IMG/VR virus record: IMGVR_UViG_3300025133_000040
Coordinates: 1-64,000 of that record
Origin: a virus
Strand: one strand, 5' to 3'
DNA length: 64,000 nucleotides
Positions 57,229 to 64,000 of the stretch are shown piece after piece. How positions within the stretch are numbered: position 1 is the first letter of the stretch; every line of letters starts with the position of its first letter. The notes under the pieces were generated by a model that was not told the origin of the DNA, made no database searches, and saw only the letters and a list, made by a program, of their open reading frames with translations. The position numbers and the translations under genes are program-made.

Positions 57229-57763
57229 TTTTTACTCCGTCCGTTTCCTTAGTTGTCTCGTCCAACAACCACGGAACAGATGATGGGTCTTGAGCACTGA
57301 GCAAGTCAGTGATGCGCTTACGGCTCCTCTTCTGTTGGTGGGGCTTGGTCTCTAGATTTTTAAAGTGCTCGTCAACTTGCTTGCTAATGCTGCTAAACAC
57401 CTCACTGGGCTTGAATAGCTTACCTACGGCGATTCTCATACGTAAAGGAGACATAACCTCAAAGGACTCGACGCCTAAAGTTTCTGATACAATTTCACAA
57501 ATCGGATAGCTAATATTAAAGGAGGTATGACCCTGCCAAAAATTCATAATATCCATAAGAGCCCTAGGGCCAACGAGAGGTATGACGCCATGGTCACTAA
57601 TTAGAACTCTGTGTTTTTTACCTACAGGGTGAGGCCCATCAAGGGGTTCGCCTTCAAATTCGTCGTCAAGTCTATCGTCTGCGTCTGGGTCATAGTCAAA
57701 CTCTGTGTCGTCAGCAAATGGGCTTGCCCACTTCTCCCAAACGATTAGGTTTTTATTTTTCAT
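57215..57763 (-). CDS. Hypothetical protein
   Basis: 182-aa ORF, TAATG-coupled. Confidence 0.6.
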   Translation of the reverse strand: MKNKNLIVWEKWASPFADDTEFDYDPDADDRLDDEFEGEPLDGPHPVGKKHRVLISDHGVIPLVGPRALMDIMNFWQGHTSFNISYPICEIVSETLGVESFEVMSPLRMRIAVGKLFKPSEVFSSISKQVDEHFKNLETKPHQQKRSRKRITDLLSAQDPSSVPWLLDETTKETDGVKNGNT

Positions 57764-58677
57764 TATACCGCTACCTCTCCGAAGTCAAGTTTAGAGTGAG
57801 GATTATAGTCAATTAGTTCCGTCTTGTCGTGTGTCCAATCAAAGATGCTGAATTGTTTTTCCTCTGGATGCAGCTTCAACTTAGGTAGTTGTCGCGGCTT
57901 CCTCTTTAGCTGTTCCTTCGCAACTTCAATCTGATTCTCATAGATGTGTGCATCACATAGGGTGCCGCTCAGATTTCCAGGCTTAAGCCCCGAGTCCTTA
58001 CATAGTAGCTCCAATAGGAGCCCGTAACTTGCGATGTTGAACGGTACGCCCAGCATCATGTCGCATGAACGCTGCGTCCAGTGTAGGCTTAGTTCGCCAT
58101 CAATGTGTGTTAGTATCCACATAAGGTGGCAGGGCGGTAGGGCCATAGCCTGAATCTGGCTAGGGTTCCACGCACTCACTACTAGTCGTCGGTCGTCAGG
58201 ATTGTTTTCTAGTTTGCTTACCACTTGCTTGAGCTGGTCGATGCCTTTTAACTGGCCGTCACAACCCTCACTATAGACTTCGTTCCATTTGCGCCACTGG
58301 TAGCCATAGATGGGTCCAAGGTCATCCACTCTTTTTTGTATTTTTTTTCTGTTTGGAAACGGGTAGTCAATACCATTATTGATAACATTTAAATCCCCAT
58401 GAACTATCCTGTCAACCTCTACAGGATTGGCCCACTCGTCCCATATCTTACACTTGCGTTTCTGATACCAAGACTTAGAGGTGATACCCCCTATGAACCC
58501 CTCTAGCTCAACAGCCATGGTTCGGAAGGCAAGCTTCTTAGTCGTGCAAGCAGGGAAGCCCTCGTGCATCTCATGTGAGAAGAACTGGTTGGGACATACT
58601 ATGGTCTTACCGGCTCGTGTGTCCTTGGGCTTACCCTTGGACAGGATATTGTCTACAATGTCAAGATACTGCTGCAT
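57763..58677 (-). CDS. thyA: Thymidylate synthase
   Basis: TTKK, IWDEW, LGPIYGYQWR, RRLVVSAWN, MALPPCH, QRSCD..LGVPFNIASY, DAHIYENQ. Confidence 0.95.
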   Translation of the reverse strand: MQQYLDIVDNILSKGKPKDTRAGKTIVCPNQFFSHEMHEGFPACTTKKLAFRTMAVELEGFIGGITSKSWYQKRKCKIWDEWANPVEVDRIVHGDLNVINNGIDYPFPNRKKIQKRVDDLGPIYGYQWRKWNEVYSEGCDGQLKGIDQLKQVVSKLENNPDDRRLVVSAWNPSQIQAMALPPCHLMWILTHIDGELSLHWTQRSCDMMLGVPFNIASYGLLLELLCKDSGLKPGNLSGTLCDAHIYENQIEVAKEQLKRKPRQLPKLKLHPEEKQFSIFDWTHDKTELIDYNPHSKLDFGEVAV

Positions 58678-58679
58678 GT

Positions 58680-59150
58680 TTAGTCCTTTGTGTGCTCAGC
58701 GTCGTGAGCAAACTTCTTAAGGGTTGACTGGGCATTGATGACTGGCTGGTGAACCGAAAGGTTCTCAGTATCCTGCCAGCTTACAATTATTTGCCTTACA
58801 AAATCCTTGAGGTCTGGCTGCCCTAAGACAACGTCAACCAACGTCTTATAGATTACCTCGTTGAACTCGCCATTGGTAACATCAGCCACCAACTGCCCAA
58901 GCCTGGAGGCCGTTCTATTCATGTCTTCCTCAGGACACCACACCACATTAATGCGAGCCTGATGTGACCTATCTACATAGAAGGTTACACCGCATATCAT
59001 ATCCTCAGAGCCTAAACTATTTTGCCCTGCCTCTTCTGCTGCCTCACCTTGTTCTTCTATGTATTTCTGCACATTGTACTGCTGAACAACCTCGTCTGTA
59101 GTGGGAACATCGAATCCAAGTAGGTTATTAAAAAATCTTTCCCAAGCCAA
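58680..59150 (-). CDS. Hypothetical protein
   Basis: TTG start with AGGGAG RBS and an upstream promoter motif. Confidence 0.6.
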   Translation of the reverse strand: MAWERFFNNLLGFDVPTTDEVVQQYNVQKYIEEQGEAAEEAGQNSLGSEDMICGVTFYVDRSHQARINVVWCPEEDMNRTASRLGQLVADVTNGEFNEVIYKTLVDVVLGQPDLKDFVRQIIVSWQDTENLSVHQPVINAQSTLKKFAHDAEHTKD

Positions 59151-59167
59151 AGTACTCTCCCTTATAT

Positions 59168-59177
59168 GTTATACACC
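59168..59177 (-). promoter_or_regulatory. Putative phage promoter GGTGTATAAC
   Basis: Intergenic motif variant about 18 nt upstream of 59150. Confidence 0.55.
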
Positions 59178-59184
59178 TATAAAA

Positions 59185-59685
59185 CTAGCTAATTGACCAT
59201 AGCTGTAGTAGCTCATCTCGCACTCTTTCTGGGTGTAGCGTGGAGAAATTAATAAAAACCTCGTCCATTATATGGTCCATGTCATACAGGCAGAGGGTGG
59301 CGTTACCGTCACCCCCCGCTGTAATAAGCCTCTTTGGTGGGTTGTCCTCTACGAATCGTTTAAGCTCTTTAACGGATGCGATGTATAGGTCTGTCACCAT
59401 GTGAGCCCAGAAATTAGCGGTGGTTGCACCTAAGCCACTAGGCTTACCTGACTTAGGATTGAAAGTTTCGATTGCTATATTACCACTACGGTTAGCATAA
59501 ATATCGTACTTGACTTCTGTTGTGAAGCCTTTGTCCTTATCTATAGTAGAAGTTATATCAAAGAATTTTCTTTTATTTACTGGTCCCTCATTAAGCTCGG
59601 ACGGGAACCCCGCCTCTTCGTAGAGCTTAAGCACAGCGTTCTCTGCTGTCTTACCGATTGCTAAATCACGAGTCCACGCCGACAT
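59185..59685 (-). CDS. PD-(D/E)xK restriction-like nuclease
   Basis: G..AE...FDI...EVKYD...SGNIAIE. Confidence 0.65.
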   Translation of the reverse strand: MSAWTRDLAIGKTAENAVLKLYEEAGFPSELNEGPVNKRKFFDITSTIDKDKGFTTEVKYDIYANRSGNIAIETFNPKSGKPSGLGATTANFWAHMVTDLYIASVKELKRFVEDNPPKRLITAGGDGNATLCLYDMDHIMDEVFINFSTLHPERVRDELLQLWSIS

Positions 59686-60298
59686 AGGCAGCCAATCCTT
59701 TCATTTTTTCTTTTGCTTTTTTAATAGATAGTCGCACAGCTTCTCTTGTCACCCCTTTTTCACAGGCAATGTCTTGCAATGTCCTATTCTCTATATAGTA
59801 ATTATAGGCACAACTATGCTGCTTGTCAGTTAATTTATCGTCGGAAAGCAAAAATTCAACAAACTCCTTGTTCTCCACGTCTTTTGCTGTCTTTGTGGAG
59901 TCTTCATCTGGGTCAGCAATTATTGAGAGTAGCTCTTGAGAGTCTTCTCCGCTCCCCATTAGTGTGTGCAAGGACTTAACCTGTTTCTTATAGGCTCTTT
60001 TACGTCTAGTTAGGTATCCACACACAGCATACCTTGCCATGGACTTGCGATAGCCTTCTTTGCTGCCTCGCCCGTCAAAGTTCCAATCACTTAACATAAT
60101 TTGCGTAGTAATGTTTGCCATAGCATCGTCGTTGCTTAAAATTTCATTCGATGCTTGGTAGCCAAATTCACTTCTCATTGAAATGACTAAGTATCGTGCA
60201 ATTTTTTGGTATTCATCTAGGCTCAGGTCTACTTGACCTTTCTTATCTTCTTTAAAATTATTACCAACGTAGCCTAGTGTAGCAATGTCAAGATTCAT
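59666..60298 (-). CDS. Divergent sigma-factor-like protein (region 4 HTH plus degenerate region 2)
   Basis: LTDKQ...Y..NRTLQDIACEKGVTREAVRLSIKKA; WNFDG.G...Y......AV region 2-like. Confidence 0.7.
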   Translation of the reverse strand: MNLDIATLGYVGNNFKEDKKGQVDLSLDEYQKIARYLVISMRSEFGYQASNEILSNDDAMANITTQIMLSDWNFDGRGSKEGYRKSMARYAVCGYLTRRKRAYKKQVKSLHTLMGSGEDSQELLSIIADPDEDSTKTAKDVENKEFVEFLLSDDKLTDKQHSCAYNYYIENRTLQDIACEKGVTREAVRLSIKKAKEKMKGLAAYVGVDS

Positions 60299-60696
60299 TC
60301 GTTTCTCCCATAAAATAAAGCGTTACCAACCATAATGTCCTGTAAGTCTTGTTTTCCTATGTCCTGTTGTGACACCGTTGCGGTATCAATCAATTGATAG
60401 TTGTACTCGTACTCTTCTTCAACGAGTCCAAAATATATAGCCCAACTAGGGGGGTCGTCCATGTCGTCTATCCACGTAGTTGCATTATCGTCAGATAGAA
60501 CGTCTAATCTTAACCATTTTCCAGTTGGTCTTTTAACAGTCATGTCGGTGTCGTAGTACACCGGGAAGTTGTGCAACCCTTTCGGAAGGTGCATGTCTTT
60601 CAAAGATATGCCCATCTGCAACTCAAGCGCTGCCATTCTAATGGCGTTGTTAATTTCCCCTTTGTTGTCGGGGTGAGTCACAATTGCTATAGTCAT
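60295..60696 (-). CDS. Hypothetical protein
   Basis: 133-aa ORF, coupled. Confidence 0.55.
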   Translation of the reverse strand: MTIAIVTHPDNKGEINNAIRMAALELQMGISLKDMHLPKGLHNFPVYYDTDMTVKRPTGKWLRLDVLSDDNATTWIDDMDDPPSWAIYFGLVEEEYEYNYQLIDTATVSQQDIGKQDLQDIMVGNALFYGRNE

Positions 60697-61781
60697 TATA
60701 CAGTAACTCCCATTGAAGTCAATAGGGTTTTTGCGGTATTTTCCCAGGAGAATCGCCCTGCTGTCACGATTCCTTGGGGGTTGTCTGGCCTATTTTTATA
60801 ACAGAATCTCATATGTTCGATAAGTTGCTCCTCTTGGTCGAGGTCAAAGTCCATCCACTCTCCCTGCCCATGGAACCAGATACCATCATAGGCATCTTCT
60901 AGGCCATCGCTGGGCTCAATCAAAAAGGAATTGTCAGCATCGCAGTACTCAGTATGCGCAGAGTAGTTCGTTGTGATGACTGGCTTACCACACGACATCA
61001 TTTCAAGTAGCTCCATATTCCAGCCCTCAGCACGAGCAGGGAAAACCCCACAGTCTACCGTTGCCATAGCCGCAGCAACGTCTTTATGTCCTTTTACTGC
61101 CGGTAAAACATGTATCTTGCTCGCCAAGGACAACGTGCTATACTGGTTGAGCCAACCCCTTGTCTGTCCAGGTGTTAGGAATGGGTTGTGAGGCATCATT
61201 ATGAGCCTTACGTTGTCTGTTTTATTAAACGCCTTGTCGAAGCACCTGCCAAGTGTGTCGTGCCCCTTGCGCTTCTCCCACTTGCCAATGTTGAAGAAGG
61301 TATATTCATCCTCTGGTTTAAACAAGGTCGTCAGTTCGTCCGTACGGGCCTCTGCGTTGAACACACTACTGTCTACGCCTAAAGGCACAACATCGGCTTT
61401 TCTACCTATCTGCTCCTCTATGATTGAGGCAGCCCAAGAGGAGCACACTGTGAGCCTGTCGGGAAATCCAAGGTGGTGCTTTTCTATATCGTTGAATTTA
61501 TTCAACTCAAAGATTGGCATGGCAGTATACTCGCCACGACCTACTCTATTGGCTAGGTCAAACTGGTGCCAGATTTGCAGAGTAGGGGCGTCGTAGTCAA
61601 ACTCGTTGGCGTTGGCAGCACAGCCGTTAAGGAAGTCTAGTTCCTCCTTGGTGTCTGCCTGTATGTTCCCCTTGGAGAATAAGGACACCTTGTGGTCTAG
61701 CTTGTGAAGGGCGTCGATAATATATTTAGTAGCAATGCCGTAGCCAGTATTGCTAGTACTTCCCATAAGATTTATATTCAT
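60696..61781 (-). CDS. GT4 glycosyltransferase
   Basis: TGYG, PLGVD, GKWEKRKG, RAEGWNMELLEMMSCG. Confidence 0.88.
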   Translation of the reverse strand: MNINLMGSTSNTGYGIATKYIIDALHKLDHKVSLFSKGNIQADTKEELDFLNGCAANANEFDYDAPTLQIWHQFDLANRVGRGEYTAMPIFELNKFNDIEKHHLGFPDRLTVCSSWAASIIEEQIGRKADVVPLGVDSSVFNAEARTDELTTLFKPEDEYTFFNIGKWEKRKGHDTLGRCFDKAFNKTDNVRLIMMPHNPFLTPGQTRGWLNQYSTLSLASKIHVLPAVKGHKDVAAAMATVDCGVFPARAEGWNMELLEMMSCGKPVITTNYSAHTEYCDADNSFLIEPSDGLEDAYDGIWFHGQGEWMDFDLDQEEQLIEHMRFCYKNRPDNPQGIVTAGRFSWENTAKTLLTSMGVTV

Positions 61782-62824
61782 TCCTCGTTCGCCTCGCACA
61801 TTAGCTTGCTTACTGTTTCATTAAACTCTGAAAAGTGGGTCGTTCCAATCTCTTCGTAGCCCACAACAGGGCCAGACAGCCTACCCTGTGCCATCAGGTT
61901 GACTACAGAACTAACAGGGAACGCTGTAGCCATTTGCATAGCGCTGAACCTCTTGTTTGCCACAACATACTTTGACACAAAATTCCTGTCCACATCCACA
62001 TGGAACACGACCTTATCGTCCTCTTCTGTCCTTTCAGCGTCTAGTATGTCGCAAACATACTTAGGAGGAATATCAGACTTAATTAATAGAGACATAGCGG
62101 CGTGGTGTCCAAGCCATCTGACTGTCTTGTACTCGCAGTCCTCAACCCCTTTCTTAAGCATACTGTCAATAGTATGGGAGGCACCACCACTAGTGCGGAA
62201 ACACTCATACTGTCCCTCTCCCGGCCACGAGGACGTAACCTTAGCATAGCCGCTCATACCGGGAGCCTTAAGAACCTCCCCTCCTTTTAGTACAACGCAA
62301 TCGTCTTTATATTCGTTGATAAGCCCATCGGCAGACCAAGTCCTTTTATAGTTATAAACCTTTCGCTCGTCATACTTAGCAGGAATACCTCCGCACAGCA
62401 TTACAACCTTTTTAACCGGCTCACCCCTTGGTAAACCATATAACATTTCAGCCACAATATTAACCCAGCCAGGAGCGAGGCCCTGGTCTGTTGCTGCGAT
62501 TCCCCCTCTAAGCTTAGCAAACTTATTAATGTCGGACGACGTTTTTACGTGCCCTCCAAGGTCAACGTAGGGAACACCCTGAGAGATAGCGTCTATAGCC
62601 ACCTTAAGGTTTTGATGGTACGGCATAGCAGACACAACTACCGCAACATCGTTGTGCTCATTTATTTTAAATTCATCATACACTCTAGGGAAGTCTACGT
62701 TGGGACCACCGGGATATGATGTGTCCACACCAACAGTATGATAGCCTAGCTGCTTCAAGGCCCAGCAGATTGCTTGACCCATGTTGCCGTTCGCTCCGTA
62801 TACTACAATTTTCTTATCTTTCAT
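61778..62824 (-). CDS. Saccharopine dehydrogenase/lysine 6-dehydrogenase-family oxidoreductase
   Basis: YGANGNMG Rossmann fold, SAMPY, YVDLGG, GLAPG, WSADGLINEY, YKTVRW.GH. Confidence 0.85.
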   Translation of the reverse strand: MKDKKIVVYGANGNMGQAICWALKQLGYHTVGVDTSYPGGPNVDFPRVYDEFKINEHNDVAVVVSAMPYHQNLKVAIDAISQGVPYVDLGGHVKTSSDINKFAKLRGGIAATDQGLAPGWVNIVAEMLYGLPRGEPVKKVVMLCGGIPAKYDERKVYNYKRTWSADGLINEYKDDCVVLKGGEVLKAPGMSGYAKVTSSWPGEGQYECFRTSGGASHTIDSMLKKGVEDCEYKTVRWLGHHAAMSLLIKSDIPPKYVCDILDAERTEEDDKVVFHVDVDRNFVSKYVVANKRFSAMQMATAFPVSSVVNLMAQGRLSGPVVGYEEIGTTHFSEFNETVSKLMCEANEE

Positions 62825-63176
62825 TGAGTATCTCCTTAAACTCTGGGAGGTCGCCGTTCTTTTTAACGCACTCATCTTCGTAGAGGTGCATAAGCCTGCG
62901 TCTCATCTCGTCTTCCATGTCTGGGAAGACACCAAGAGCGTCGGACAAGCTTGTATAGCCAAGCTTTCCTTCTGGGAAAAATGTTTGAAGCCACAACCGA
63001 CTAACGAAGTAGTTAAATGCGCCCTTAACCTTGCCGGAAGGAACGGTCTTAAGAATCTCAGAAATATCTTCAATCCCAGGCTGAGAGCGAGAGCTAATAG
63101 CCCCACACCACTGAGATAAGAAACCAATCTGGTCTTTGATGTGTTGTCTGTCTTTTTTTGGCTCAATGTATGGCAT
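62814..63176 (-). CDS. Conserved phage protein (DUF6899-like)
   Basis: MPYI...G.FNY...RRR...YED....NGD pattern. Confidence 0.5.
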   Translation of the reverse strand: MPYIEPKKDRQHIKDQIGFLSQWCGAISSRSQPGIEDISEILKTVPSGKVKGAFNYFVSRLWLQTFFPEGKLGYTSLSDALGVFPDMEDEMRRRLMHLYEDECVKKNGDLPEFKEILNER

Positions 63177-63499
63177 TATAATTCCTCCAGTATCTTTCCA
63201 AGTTGTTCTTCTTCATCTCTTCGTAATGCCTCTATGCAGTTTGCACGAGCACAGCTAAGGGCCTTCTGATATAGCTGAGACGACAGGCGTTTAAACTCAA
63301 CAGTTGTTTTGTAGATTGTTTTTCCGTCTATTTTTATATGAATGACTTCGGTACGATTCGTAGACGAGAACACGGTCCTTTTCAACCCAACGCATTTACC
63401 ACTCTCGCTTTTGGCTACTATTACTTCCTCGCTTGCGTTTGAAAATTTCCAATCTAGATTGCCAAGAACCATAAAAAATTTACATCTATTAGTTGCCAT
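63176..63499 (-). CDS. Hypothetical protein
   Basis: ORF starting MATNRC, overlapping the glpX stop. Confidence 0.5.
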   Translation of the reverse strand: MATNRCKFFMVLGNLDWKFSNASEEVIVAKSESGKCVGLKRTVFSSTNRTEVIHIKIDGKTIYKTTVEFKRLSSQLYQKALSCARANCIEALRRDEEEQLGKILEEL

Positions 63500-64000
63500 G
63501 CGTAGTCCTAATTTCCCTATAGGTGCCAGAGGCACTTTTCATAAACAGTGAATGAGTCAAAGGCTTCGACCCCTTACGAACCTGAACACCGTCAAGCAAG
63601 CTGCCATCCGTAATGCCCGTTGATATAAAAGCACAGTCGCCCCTCACTAGGTCGTTTTCGTTTAAAATCTCTCCGCACTTAACAAACCTTGAACTACCGT
63701 CCATCATTCGCTCAACTTCTTCCATCTCAAAGCCCCCTCCAAGGCACTTAACTGCGGCAGCAGAAATAACAGCCTCAGGTGCGCCGCCGATACCACAGTA
63801 CAGGTCGATGCCAGAGTTAGGTAGACACGTAGCGATAGAGGCATTAACATCACAGTCTTGAATAAGTTTAATCCTACAGCCAATTCCCCTTAGTAGTTCA
63901 ATGCTGTGTCCGTTACGCGGCCTATCAAGCATACACACCGTAACTTCATTAACCTGCTTCTTTAGCGCGTCAGCCACCATGGTAGCTACCTCACTAATAG
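63489..64000 (-). CDS. glpX: Class II fructose-1,6-bisphosphatase GlpX (5' truncated)
   Basis: LDRPR, I.DCDV, GIGGAPEAVISAAA.KCLGG, TGITDG.LL.GV; frame open to the window edge. Confidence 0.9.
   Translation of the reverse strand, partial: ISEVATMVADALKKQVNEVTVCMLDRPRNGHSIELLRGIGCRIKLIQDCDVNASIATCLPNSGIDLYCGIGGAPEAVISAAAVKCLGGGFEMEEVERMMDGSSRFVKCGEILNENDLVRGDCAFISTGITDGSLLDGVQVRKGSKPLTHSLFMKSASGTYREIRTTHGN

Noticed and set aside
57763-58677. ThyA homolog as a dCMP/dUMP hydroxymethylase feeding DNA glycosylation
   Set aside because: All motifs, including PFNIASY, match canonical thymidylate synthase
1-64000. Stop-codon reassignment, suggested by several in-frame stop-ATG junctions (13704/13705, 22845/22846, 34585/34586, 38953/38954, 43750/43751)
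   Set aside because: Conserved genes are full length under code 11 and end in TAA, TAG or TGA; the junctions fit translational coupling

Overview
This window is 64 kb from a large tailed dsDNA bacteriophage genome. It uses the standard genetic code, and I see no tRNAs, CRISPR array or integrase. Two gene blocks converge on a bidirectional terminator at about 22.43 kb. The plus-strand block (1-22.4 kb) is a virion morphogenesis operon of non-contractile-tail type: head-tail connector proteins, tail tube, putative tail assembly chaperones, a 2314-aa tape measure protein, distal tail/hub proteins, a LamG protein and a GT2-like protein. The minus-strand block (22.5-64 kb) holds recombination and replication genes (Rad52-like annealase, SSB, a split DnaE with DnaQ between the halves, primase, DnaB, RecA). 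It also holds an eight-gene glycosylation cluster, two sigma-like factors, nucleotide metabolism genes (class II RNR, dCMP deaminase, ThyA, dNMP kinase), PhoH, ClpP, HNH nucleases and auxiliary enzymes (saccharopine dehydrogenase-like, GlpX). One protein suggests a Planctomycetota host (tentative). The main candidates for novelty are: (1) a tape measure protein built like a polyprotein, with a PD-(D/E)xK-like cargo domain between repeated xNxGG motifs; (2) an unannotated ~220-nt structured RNA with its own phage promoter and terminator upstream of the nrdJ operon; (3) a large glycosylation system not explained by hydroxymethyl-pyrimidine DNA chemistry; (4) duplicated tail chaperone paralogs apparently replacing the usual G/GT frameshift; and (5) a recurring GGTGTATAAT phage promoter. 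All calls come from reading motifs by eye; no searches were run.
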